From Callorhinchus milii (lineage: Eukaryota): a DNA stretch of 64,000 bases. The notes beneath the pieces are model-generated. The model was not told where the DNA came from. It saw only the letters and a list, made by a program, of their open reading frames with translations, and ran no database searches. The stretch lies in NCBI RefSeq assembly GCF_018977255.1, contig NW_024704742.1, positions 8,682,001 through 8,746,000 of the forward strand, read 5' to 3'. Shown here piece by piece: positions 25,901-37,849 of the stretch. Position 1 is the first letter of the stretch; each line of letters opens with the position of its first letter. Position numbers and translations under genes: made by a program.

Positions 25901-28900
25901 CACCTAGAATGACTGATCTGGATGTGACCAACAGCAGAGAAAACATCTGGAGCAGGCCAGACCCTCTTTCCTCTCAGTTGGGTGCACACATTAATTAATC
26001 TGATCGGAGCGACTCTCTACAGCACATCCACCATAAGGAGTCTCCCCCCCACCACCTCGTTACGGGCAGTGATAGTGAGGTTCTTCACCCGCTGCAGGTC
26101 CATCACTCCAGAGCTGCGGCTGCCATTACCCCCAGACGCCACAGAGGGTCCATAGGGAAACCACCACTTAGCCCAGGCTCTGCAGCTGTCGGTGTGCAGT
26201 ATCCTGCCCTCCTGCTGGACCAGAACATTGGGCTTTACCCTGGACAGGTTCTGGAGTCTCACAGCACAACACTTGCTGCTACACACACTGTGCACATTCA
26301 GGGTACCTATCCTCAGTGACATCTTACTGTTACTTACCACCTTTTTCCTGTTCCCTCCTTTTCCAGTTCCCTGCATGATTTTGATCCCAATGGGATTGGG
26401 GGAGCTGGCGGGATCCCCCATCAACAGTCCAACCTGCTCTAGGGTTTCCCATTTGCTTGTGGTCCCCCTATCTCCAGTCCATCCCCAGTTTTAGACCCGA
26501 TGATGTTGGAGGATCTGGCATAATCCTCAACCCTTTGTCTAGATAGTTTTTTTTTACTTTTTCTTGGTTCCCCCATCTCCAGGCTCCTGGATGCTTTTAA
26601 TCCCACTGGTGTTGTGGACCTGGCAGAAACCTCGACAAAATTGTCCTTGTTTTTTTGCTTTTTCCATCTTTCCTTCAAACTTCCACTATCCCTAGTCTCG
26701 GACTCTCTTTCCTTTTTGGGGGATTTCTCCCTCTTCTTTACCCTTCTTCTTTTCCTTGTTTTCCCAGTGCCCCCAGTGCTTCTTTTCCAGACTCCTCTTT
26801 TCCACATCGTTCTTTCTTTGAGGTTGATACGAAGTGACCTCCATCTCTTTCTCGTTGTGTTCCTTCTCGCTTGAGTCAGGATCTTCCCGGAAGATGGTTT
26901 TGCCCAGTGACGACTTCACGTTCCCCGCCCAGGTATCAGTACAACCTCCACCAGCACCACCTGGTGCTGTTGCTTCTTCCCCTCCTGTTGCTGCCCTCGC
27001 TGTGTGACTGCCTGTTTTACCCCCATCACCTGCTGCCTCCCCTGAGATCCGGGTTGACGACTCAGAGGTTGACGACTCAACAGTTTCTATCCACTCCTCC
27101 TTGGGCAAATACAGTGGGCTGTTTCCCTGCACAATTCGCATCTTTTAGCCATAGGACAGTCTTTTGCCAAGTAGCCAAAACATTTGCAGTTCCAACACAC
27201 CGTTTGTGCGCAGGCTGCAAAGTAATGTCCCACCCGTCCGTACCTCAGACACATTCGGGGCTGCCCGAGATATTACAAGGTTCCCTGAAGCTCCCAGTGT
27301 TAAATCGGTGGGTGCGTGTGGGGGGGGGGGGGGGGAGTGGGATGTGAGCAACAGTCCTCTCACCTTTCCAGTGTAGCTTCAGCCACACCTAGTGAGGTGG
27401 TGAAGGAGGGCAGAGTGGCAGGAAAGAGAAGCATTGAAGGAGGGCAGGGAGGACGTGAAGGAGGGCAGAGAGACCATAGTGGTGGGCAGCGATGCCACGA
27501 AAGAGGGCAGAGGCCATGAAGAAGGGCAGAGATGCACGTTTCCGGTGTAATAATAATTATCCTTGAATTTGATATAACGCTTTTCATGTCTTCGAGACGT
27601 TTCAAAGCGCTTCACAGAATATACTGAAAAGTGAATTGACGGTATATTTTTTGTGGGCGAAACGTGGCAGCCAATTGCACTGAGCAGTATCCCACAAACC
27701 TTCGTGGAATGAGTGAACCAATTTTATTATTTTTTTCTTGAAGGATTATTATCAGGCGTGTGGAGTAAGGAAACCACAGGACTCCACATATGGTGTAGCT
27801 TCAGACACACCTCCCAATCAGATGTCCAGACCCCAATCTCATTTATCTCCCTCATGTTGAGCACTGCCTCACAGTGCCTCTCAAAAACAATGAGGTTGTC
27901 GGATTCTGGTACTTGGGGGTCACTCATTCTTAGAAGAACTTTTCTCTCCTCCATTAATCTCTCCTGGAAGAGGGTCCTAATCTCATATGGACGCAGGGTC
28001 TCCTCCCCTTGTTTCCAGAGGGCAATCCATCAAAAAGGAGATTTGTACAAGACACAAGACACACGTTACCTCGTACTTATTCTTTTCTTTATCGGCACAG
28101 ATGTACCTTAACCTTGCCTTAGTTACGCCAGTTTCACATCAGAGCCTTCTTTAACAAGGCCATCCTGTCCACGTATGGCAGCCCCCACCCCTCGACCTTG
28201 ATCAGTATGGAGTCTTTCACGTAAAACTCCTCCTTTCTGTATTTTTCACTGTTTTCTTGTCTCAACCCCAAGACGGGTATGATATGGGGTTGGGGAAGGT
28301 GGATGTGGGCTCCCCTGGCTGGAGGGAGCTGCAGGTTCTTGAGCTTTATCTGCTCCCAGTCCTGCCCCCTCACACCCATCATTTAGCACTTCCTGTCCGG
28401 CCCCCCATGTCCATCCATTCTGTGATAAAGCACCACACTACAACACACCTTTGTCCAACTCCCAGTGTCCTTTTATACTTCCTCTCATTGTTCATTTCAT
28501 TTCCGGGAGGTTGGGCTTGTCAAAATGTTTATTTCCTCAATGTTCCTGTTGGTCGCAGGGATTCTCTCCCATCCACTCTCTCTGGTTTTAGGGATTCAAT
28601 CCCTGGGCTCTCCACTCCACATCCTCGCCCTCACCATCATTGCTCTCCATTCCTGCCCCCGGCTTCCCGCCCTGGCCTCTGTGCCTTCCTTCCCGGTCTC
28701 TCTGCCTTCCTTCCCGGACTCTCTGCCCTCCTTCCCAGCCTCTCAAACCTCCTCCGCCTCCTTGTTGCCCTCCTCCGCCGCCTCTCAACCTCCCGCTGCC
28801 TCTTCTCCTTCTGCAGTTATGTCCACCCTCATGGCCTTCTCAACCTCTGCCATCACTTTTTCACTCCCCACTCTATCCTCTCTGCTGCTTTCCCACTTTC

Positions 28901-29150
28901 CTTCACCGCATCTTTCTCACTTGCCTCTACTATTTTGTTCCTTCTCTCCATCGCTTTCTCTGCCCACTTCTCTCTCCTTATCCCCTTCTCCCGACACCTT
29001 CTGCTTTCACTTCTCTTCACTTACTTCCTCTCATTGGTCAATTTTCCAATTCATCTTAATAGATTACTCAATAGTAACTATTCTATTAGCCAAAGTCTGG
29101 AGTCAGGAACTGAAGTCATTGGCTTTACAGCTCATTAATTCTGAGGCAAA
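22930..29150 (-). mobile_element. Near full-length decayed Tx1/L1-clade non-LTR retrotransposon (ORF1 with zinc knuckles; ORF2 APE endonuclease-RT)
   Basis: ORF1 knuckle CWNCKCFGYLAKDC at ~27150-27200. ORF2 start MSLRIGTLNV at ~26322, then VILGGDFNCILD, LLNVDYKILAKVI, LISLDQEKAFDRVSH and MDDIT. Many frameshifts. SINEs inserted at 24418 and ~27550. Confidence 0.9.
24418..24738 (+). mobile_element. Full-length tRNA-headed SINE with L2-like tail
   Basis: A and B boxes, central gctgtgcgcaattggctgccgcg block, (ATT)n tail. An AGGTG target duplication splits the Tx1 peptide VIHL|DQT. Confidence 0.9.
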
Positions 29151-29656
29151 GTCTTTTGCATGAATCCATCAGTGGGGTGCAATAGCAGTATTATGCTCAT
29201 GTACAGTAAGTCACCGCAGTGACAATATCAAAGTTCATGGGCATCCAACTTGTTGTGGAAACGCCGATAATGCAGAGTGTTCAATCTTTTGCAACTTGTG
29301 TTCTCATGTCGTCGACGTTTGTTCTTCTTTCCTCTTCTGATGTTACCTGAATCTCGGAAACCTGGGCTGGGAGTTCTCCCTCCTGGCTGAGTGAATGGTA
29401 CACACTCGCACACTGAAGTGTAGCTCATCTATACACTTGCTCATATCCTGGTTATCTATCCCAGATATCAGCTTGTTTCACCCACCTAGTTATTTTAATC
29501 ACATCAGCCTTAGCTGATTAAACTCCAATGTACATAACAGTAATTAACAGCAGGCGACAGCTCCAGTACAAAATTCACCTCTTCTTTCTTAATTAACACT
29601 TCATAATCCATTACTCCACATATTGGCATCTTCTCATATCATTGTATGTAGATTTA

Positions 29657-29986
29657 TAATAATAATAATAATAATAATCCTTACATTTGATATAGCGGTT
29701 TTCACGTCGGGAGGACGTCCCAAAGCGCTTCACAGAACACACTGTAAAGTGAATTGACTGTATATTTGTGGGCGAACGCGGCAGCCAATTGCGCACAGCA
29801 ATGTCCCACAAACAGTCGTAGATTGAAAATGACCAATTTATTATTGTTTTTTTGGGGGATTTTGGAGGGATTATTATCAGGCGTGTGGAGTAAGGAAACT
29901 TGCCCAAGGTTTCGCCCTCTGCCTGGAATTGAACTCAGGTCTCTCGCTTGCAAAGCGAGTGCTCTAACCACTGAGCTGTAGGACAC
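29657..29986 (-). mobile_element. Full-length SINE (same family)
   Basis: Near-identical to 24418-24738. Confidence 0.9.
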
Positions 29987-30432
29987 CATTTATATCAGTT
30001 ATCCTGTGACACCTGTTACACTTATGAATGAGGGGGAGGAAAGGGGTGTTTGCCTTTTGGAGGCAGTTGGTGCAGAGAAAGTGAGCGATGGGACAGTTGG
30101 AGTGGCTGCTCTGGGACAACCAACTCTGGGAGCCACGATGGGCCTGGCGGAGGATGTCCAAGCTGCAGCAGAGGGAGGTAAAATGGCGGGGTCCAGGAGA
30201 CATAGTAAGCGGGGAGGGAGGTGGGAGAGAAGGACAGAGTGGGAGTAGCGGAGTGTGGCGGGTAAGAGCAAGAACATTTTCAGAGGGAGCGGCTCGTGTC
30301 AGGGCAGCAGCCAAAACATACACACAGTGACTGGGACCAAGCGATCAGTGGGACAGCATTTAAACACACTTAAATATTTAAACACACTGAAATAAAACAA
30401 CATTTTTATAATTTATTTTAATTCCCAACACA

Positions 30433-30554
30433 GGGTACAGTATAACATTGATCAGCATGAGGCTCAATCACACTGACAGTGAGCTGGGTACAGTATAACA
30501 TTGATCAGCATGAGGATCACACTGACAGTGACCTGGGTACAGTATAACATTGAT
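30433..30554. repeat. ~50-bp tandem repeat x2.4 (gggtacagtataacattgatcagcatgagg...)
   Basis: Directly visible, in the putative 3' UTR of APOL copy 2. Confidence 0.8.
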
Positions 30555-30927
30555 GTCTGTAAGGATTACATTAGCATTAAACTGGGCACAATCTAGATAT
30601 GATCTTGGAAGGATTACACTGGCATAGCCTGAAACTGTTTTTCAGTGATTAATAATAATAATCATATTTGATATAGCGCCCTATAGCTCAGACAAGTTTT
30701 CACACACGACATGCAGGACATAAGCAAAACAATCAGGTTAGACTGAACAGTCAATAGAATCGGAAATAAATACATGAAATTGATCAGAGAAACTGTAGCC
30801 AACTTAATATATTGTTGAAAAATGGCAGGTTCATAAACAACAAGAATACAATCTGCTAACAATCTGCCCAAATGGGGTTTGTGACAGGCACTGAAGTCAA
30901 AGTTAGCCACGAGTGCTGCACATCGGG

Positions 30928-31681
30928 CTAGATTTGCTCTAGAGTTTGACGTAATTTTTCATAAACCTCTTCATACATCATTACCTCATTCTGTATCTTT
31001 TGAGCCACATTTCGTATCTGTTTAGCAATTTCTGTCTCGGCTCCTTTGCTAAGGTCAATGGAATTCACTGTAATAGTGTAGATATCCCACACAACAAAGA
31101 GTCCTGACAGAACGCCAGAAACCGCCTTGAATGATTGTAATGAGGTTTTGGTTACGGCTGAAACCACTGTAGCAATAACACCTGTGCTTTTTGAAAAGAC
31201 CTCAGTCACACCAATGAAAGTATCCTTTACTAATTTGTCACTGTGATTTTCATAGAAATCAACTGCATTGCGGAATTTATTGAAGCAATCTGCCATTTCC
31301 TCACTGTCCTTTTTATACTCTTCCATGATTTCATTAACTCTTTTTTGTTTATTGGATTGTGAAGCAGAATCCACTGCACTAGCTGTGATGTTAGTGACAC
31401 CACCAGCTACACCCACCCCAACTCCCACACCCGTGAGTATCAATGATGTACCCAAAGTGAAAGGGGCAGCAATTAGTCCCGCAATAGTTAGAGCTCCTCC
31501 AATAACACCTACAGAAGACCCTGTAATATTGGCAATGGAGGCACCTTTGTGACAGTGGTCAATGTTATTTGCGATCTCTTGGAGTAATGTCACGTATCGA
31601 TTCATCCTTGCTTTCCAGTCAGGGAACTTCTTTGGAAAACATTGTAAGTCCTCGGCTATATTGTCCAATTCGTATGAGTCC
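30928..31681 (-). CDS. APOL: Apolipoprotein L-like protein, copy 2, terminal coding exon
   Basis: Intact frame, about 38 differences in 246 aa versus copy 1 (hand count). Same acceptor ttgtatttataacag|G, phase 2. Confidence 0.9.
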
Positions 31682-33881
31682 CTGTTATAAATACAATTTT
31701 ATCTCAGGAGCGTTCACACATCATTGGCCTGAAACATTGCCTAATCCTCATTGTGAGTATAATGCGCATCTTATGTCAATCACAATTCAAACAATTCAAC
31801 CTTCAATTCAAACATAACTCCCTGAGAATTCAAGACAAGTAGCCCAGGTGGCAAACAGAGTGACACCCAGTGAGGAAAAGAGAGTGTCAAAGTGCGGGGT
31901 TAATGTAGGGGGCCCAGGGCGGGGAATGGAGGGGCACAGTTGGGGGGATGGATGTGGCACAGAGTGTCCAACGGATAGGGCACTGGGTGGGGAATGGATA
32001 GGCCACAGGGCATGGAATGGAAGAGGGCATGAAGGGGATGGAATGGAGGAGCACATGGCCAGGAATGGAGGTGGCACTGGGCAGGAAATGGAGGGTGACA
32101 CAGCGCAGGGAATGGAGGGGGGCACAGGGCAGGGAATGGAGGGGGACATAGGGTAGAGATGGCGGGGGGCACAGGGTAGGGAAGGGAGGGGGGCACATGG
32201 CAGGGAATAGAGTGGGGGCACGGGGCAAGCAATGGAAGGGGCACAGGTTGGGGAAAGGAAAGCGGCATAGGGCAAGGAATCGAAGAGGGCACAGGAGTGG
32301 TGGTGGTGGGGTGCACAGGGCTAAGAAGTTGAATAGTATTTTGGAATTGCAGATCAGTCACTGGGTACAGGGAATCGTCGCGCTCAGCCATTTAAGTGAA
32401 AGGCCTAACAGGTAGAGTGATCTTTGCTGGGCAAGCAGCAAGAAAGCTTGCCAGACAGTACTGTACTTGTTAAACTCCAGCACACTTTAGGGTCCCCAAG
32501 TCTCTTGCCAACTAGCACCTAATACTTCCCAGAATTAGGCAAACAGGATGCATCCCTCCAAGAAGAGATTGTGCATTTCCATTCCAACAACCTTTCTCTG
32601 GCATTTCCATATGTAGGTGGCTGCATGGAAATCTCAACTTGGTTTTGTTGCTCTTAAGCATGGTGATGGGTATCTCCATGTGTCACACATGTGACTAAAC
32701 CAAAAACAAAGTGGCTGAGGAGATGGAAGCAAGTGTGGCTTCCTGAACTCTGAATGTTACGAGATCACAAGGTGGGTTTGGAAGAAGAAAGCACTTTGGT
32801 GCATCTGATTTCATTCCTCCAGAACACCTACCCTATCCCTCCATTACAGCATCAAGCTGCTTTTTAAATTAGTCCATTATCCGGGCATCAACCACCCTTT
32901 CTGGCCATTCTATTTCAGTCATTAATTACCCTCTGGGTAAAGAAAAATTCCTGGTGTCTATCCTGAAATTGCCCTTTACACCTGTGTCCTCTTGTTCTTC
33001 TGTATTGGTAATCTGGGTTTTCTGTTTTAATTCTATTTAAAATGTTAGACTCCTCTTTGTCTTTTTCAAGACTGAAGAACTCGAGCTTGTCTAATCGTTG
33101 CTCATGGCTCTTTTCTCTAACACTAGGGATCAGCCTCATTGCTCTCTACACTGTGTCTCGGGTCTGGGGAGCCCCTTATGTCACAGTGACTAGAACTGTC
33201 TGTAAATTCAAAGTGGAGATGATTGGAAAAATTTAAGAATGAAACAAAGTAAGTTCAGAATCATGAAGATAGAGAAGAATAGAGAGAATAAGTGGTGGAG
33301 AAGAATAGAATAGTCAATAGTGTCAAAGGTGTCAGAGAAATCAAGAAGGATGAGAAGGCAAAGAGAGCCCTGGTCACAGATGGATACAATGTCAATTGTA
33401 ACATTGATCAGGCAGTCTTGGTACCATGATAGTGCCTTGGGACATCCTCCCGATGTGAAAGACGCAAGTGTAATTTTGGTTGTTGAGCAGCACAGAAACC
33501 AGATTAGTGGGGTTCGTGCAGGGAGTGCCATGAGAGGAAAGAGCAAAGCTGGGAAGCAGTGACTCATTCTAGGCCCTTGCAAAGGAAATGGAGATTGGAA
33601 ACGGGATGGTAGTAGGGAACAGAGATGGGTCAAGTGACGTTTTTTCGCGATGGGGGTAATGATGGCTGTTTTTAAGGGGTTGGGAATTGTGCCGGGAGAC
33701 AGAAAGAGGTTGACAATCTGCTAGTCAGAAGATAAGCCAGAAAAGGCAGCAGTAGAAAGGGCGGAGGCAGCCAAGTAGATTCCCTCAATTTTGGACTTGA
33801 GTAAGTCTCTCATCTCCTAACATTTGAAGAAGGAGGAGAGGAATGGATGAGGATTGGGAAGGTGGGCAGAAAAGCTAGTTT

Positions 33882-34201
33882 ATAATAATAATAATCCTTG
33901 CATTTGATATAGCGCTTTTCACGTCAGGAGGACGTCCCAAAGCGCTTCACAGAACACACTGTAAAGTGAATTGACTGTATATTTGTGGGCGAACGCGGCA
34001 GCCACTTGCGCACAGCAATGTCCCACAAACAGTCGTAGATTGAAAATGACCAATTTATTATTGTTTTTGGTTTTGGAGGGATTAATATTAGGCTCTGTGT
34101 GGAGTAAGGAAACTTGCCCAAGTTTTCGCCCTCTGCCTGGAATTGAACTCAGGTCTCTCACTTGCAAAGTGAGTGCTCTAACCACTGAGCTACAGGACTC
34201 C
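33882..34201 (-). mobile_element. Full-length SINE (same family)
   Basis: Near-identical to 24418-24738. Confidence 0.9.
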
Positions 34202-35523
34202 ACACTGAGCTACAGGACTCCACGTTTGTGGGGAAGAAGGAGTCCAGGGGTTGCCTTTGGCCTCCTGGATGATTCATGGAGTAGGTGGACAATTTGGCTG
34301 ACAAAAGGCAGAGCAATAGGTTTAATGCAAGTTGTAGAGGACAGAGGTAACTTCAGGACAGCCACCAGGAAGTTATTCTTGATGCAGAGGGGAATGAATG
34401 ACAGGAACAGGTTACCAGAAATGGAGTTTGTGGCCAGGGCCCTGGACCCATTTAAAAAGCAGCTCAATTCTATAACGATGGATGTTTTTGCGAGACGAGA
34501 TCGGATGGACCAAAAGATATTCTTCAGCCAGACAAAATTTTGTGAACTTGTGATAGTGGGTTGGTCTGTGAATGCACACAGCCCTGACCGACTCTTCCTC
34601 TTTCCCGCACTGAAACAAAGCCGACTTACAATCATAGAATTATACAGCACACAAGGAGGCTATCAGGCCCATCATGTTCATGCCGGCTCTTTGGAAGACC
34701 TGACCAAATTAATCCCACTCCCCCCACGCTCCCAATAACCCTGCAAATTGTCCTCCCCAAATATCTATCTACTTCTCTCTGGAAAGTTGTTATCAAATTG
34801 ATTTCCACCACCCTTACAGGCAGTGCATTCCAGGTCCAAACAACTTGCTGTGTTCTTTTGGCAACTATTTTAGATCAGTGTCTTCTGGTCACCAACACAC
34901 CCACCAATGCGAAACAGTATCTCCCTGTTCACTCTATCGCATTTCCTCATAAATTTGAACACCTCTAATTAATGTGGGGTAGAAAGGACAGTTAAGAGTC
35001 AAACAAGATGTCAAGGTTCCAAACTGGATCAGTAAGGTGGATGGTACATGTTTGGATGGTGAACAAGCATGGGTCCAGGGAAGGTGTTTTTGAGAATAGG
35101 GGTGATGATGGCTGTTTTCCAGAGAGTGGGAACAGTGCCAGTGGACAGAGAGAGGTTGATGATATTTATGAATAGAGGGGCAAGGAGGTGGAACTCGGAC
35201 ATAAAGAGAGGGGCAGGGATGGGGTTGAGGGACAGGTGGTGGACTTCATTTTAGTCATGATGGAGCTGAGAAAAAAGGGGCTACCAGGGTTGATAGTGTG
35301 GCAAGAAGGATGGGTAGGGGCCAAAGTGTGAGGAGGAGGTGGAGGGACGGTGGCAGTAGAGAGGGAAGAGGCAGCCGAGTGGATCCCAAAGGTGGTTTGG
35401 GACGCAAGGCTTTTGCATCTTCTCACATTTGGAGTTGGAATAATGAACTAATCAGATTGAGCCAGACAATTCATTCACAATATCAGACAGTTTATTCAGC
35501 TGTTGTCTCACATCTGTACATAC

Positions 35524-35548
35524 CTGTCCATGACATCGCTGACTGTAC
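35524..35548 (-). CDS. APOL: APOL copy 2 micro-exon C (25 nt); ATG at 35531 gives MDR|DSYELDN when spliced to 31681
   Basis: tttaacag|GTACAGTCAGCGATGTCATGGACAG|gtatgt. The phase-2 end matches the terminal exon. Paralog at 45791-45768. Confidence 0.7.
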
Positions 35549-37011
35549 CTGTTAAACCAGGGAGAAACAGGAGGCATTATTAGTATCTGGTACTACCTGA
35601 ATGAACAGACACAATCTTGGCTGATACAATGACCACACAGGAAGGAATGTCTTAACAAATTACATTTACACAGCGCCTTTCATGTCGGAAGGACGTCCCA
35701 AGGAGCTGGACAGTCAGGGATATGGACCCAAGCTGGGGAGGGTGGGATAGGAGGGTGACTGAAGATTCAGTTGAAGCAGAGGGTGGAGACATGCCAGTTG
35801 CGAGTCAGTGAACGGTTGGGCCTCCGGAAATTGGGAGACGATAAACCTGAGCGGGAGTCGATCGCAAGGGTGGCAGGCGGGCGAGCGGATCAGCAGAGAA
35901 ACGAACCAGGAAGCAGGCCAGCATTAAGAGCAGGATCTGAGCAGGAGAACTGAGGTTGAAAATCACCTGGCAGGTGAGATAATCTACCCAGTGAATCCCA
36001 GTGCGAGAGTCGAGATCGGTGGGTGAACGGAACCAGCGCAAGACTCAAGTCTGTTGGCTGGACTGCTGTCTAACCAACAAATAACGTTACAAGAGTCACC
36101 CACTCTCTATTCCCTCTGTGCTGTCTCTAGCCAGTGGAGGGCAGGGAGGTTTGGGGTAGGAGTGTGACCAAAGACATTGTCGAAGAGGAGAGTCTTGAGA
36201 TATACCTTGAGGGAGACAAGGGAGGGGGCAAGGCTAAGGACTGTCAGATGAAGTTCCAGAGGGTGGGGGCAGAGAGGCTGAAAGCCTGACCGCCGATGGT
36301 GGGGTGGGCCATGGGAGAACATGTAGCAGGTCGGAGCCTGCTGAGCAGAGGAAGCGGACAGGTCTATTTGGATTCATCAGATCACAGTGGTAGGGAGGAG
36401 CGAGGCCATGGAGGGCTTTGAAGGTGAGGATGAGAATTTAGAGCCCTCCTCTGGCGATTGGGAGCTAGTGGTGCCAAGTGAGGAAGAGGCGATAGGGTCA
36501 CAGAGCCTGGTGCAGGAGAAGACATGAGCTGCAGAATTTTGATTGATCTGCTGGATAGTGGAGGGAAGAGTTGGAAAGCCGGCAAGACAGGCATATAAAA
36601 AAAAGAGGCTTGAGATTTGGGGATAAGGCAGGACAGTGGGATTGATTGAATAGCTTGCTCTGAGAGCCAGTATATGGCCTCCTTCTGTGCTGTAAATTCT
36701 ATGATTCTGTGATTCCTAAACACACTGACTGTATATAAATGTAAGTAGTTGTTCTCTCTGGGATGGAGGAACTGAAGGGAGAGTTTGAGAGTGTTAATGA
36801 AAGTTACAATGAAGAGACAGGATTTTAAGCGAGTGTGAAGGTGGGGAAAGAAGCTCAAGGTGATGGGTTTCAGACAGTGGGGTTGTGTTTGACAGCTCCA
36901 GGCTGTCCCTGATTCAGAGGGATTGCGGGAGGTTGTTATCTTACTTGGTGCAGTAAGAACAGAATTGGAATAGAAAGTTAATATTTCCATCAATTCTAAT
37001 AGATAAATTAC

Positions 37012-37167
37012 CTGGTTTGTAAATCCCTGCCATTGTGTGACCTCTTTCCTGTTGTCAATGATGTTTCTGAACAATCTTTGGAAATGAAGAAACCAATGTG
37101 AATCCAATCTCACCTGATCATCAGTGACACTAACCACAGTCATTCTGATCATGATATCATTCACATC
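37012..37167 (-). other. Putative upstream exon A of APOL copy 2 (156 nt, open frame, phase 0/0)
   Basis: tag|GATGTG...AACCAG|gtaatt encodes DVNDIMIRMTVVSVTDDQVRLDSHWFLHFQRLFRNIIDNRKEVTQWQGFTNQ. Paralog at 22212-22358. Confidence 0.55.
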
Positions 37168-37315
37168 CTATACTTAGTTTTTAAAACAATTTGTAATGTT
37201 TAATGTGTATGTATCTGAGCTGTGTTGCCTACCAAGAAGTTTGCAAGACGTTCCTGGTTCCTATCACCCACTCAAAGAGCTCAAACCCACATTTGTCAAA
37301 AATTAAAATTAAATG

Positions 37316-37600
37316 GAGTCCTGTAGCTCAGTGGTTAGAGCACTCGCTTTGCAAGCGAGAGACCTGAGTTCAATTCCAGGCGAAACTTTGGGCAAGTTTC
37401 CTTACTCCACACAGAGCCTAATAATAATCCCTCCAAAACCAAAAACAATAATAAATTGGTCATTTTCAATCTATGACTGTTTGTGGGACATTGCTGTGCG
37501 CAATTGGCTGCCACGTTCGCCCACAAATATACAGTCAATTCACTTTACAGTGTGTTCTGTGAAGTGCTTTGGGACGTCCTCCCGACGTGAAAAGCGCTGG
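37316..37600 (+). mobile_element. SINE (same family)
   Basis: Head and body near-identical; tail truncated. Confidence 0.9.
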
Positions 37601-37849
37601 ACCACTGCTGTCAAATGAAATGATTATTATTATTATAAAATGATTAAATGTTAAATGTTACACTATCTACACTATCAAAAACCCCTTATAAATTTGAACA
37701 CTACTATTAAATCTCCTCTTATTATTCTCTGCTCTAAGGAGAACAATCCCAGCTTCGCTTGTCTCTCCACATAATTAAAGTCCCTCATCCCTGGTACCAT
37801 TCTGGTAAATCTCCCCTGTACCCCTTCCAAGGCCCTGATATCCTAATGC

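Noticed and set aside
24988..25998. 336-aa + strand ORF
   Set aside because: Antisense shadow of Tx1-like ORF2.
28257..29163. 293-aa and 232-aa + strand ORFs
   Set aside because: Pyrimidine-rich antisense of the LINE 5' region.
33971..34738. 255-aa ORF
   Set aside because: Chance read-through of an antisense SINE and CR1 3' fragments.
36382..37164. 260-aa ORF as a single-exon gene
   Set aside because: Only the first ~52 codons have paralog and splice support; the rest runs through repeats.
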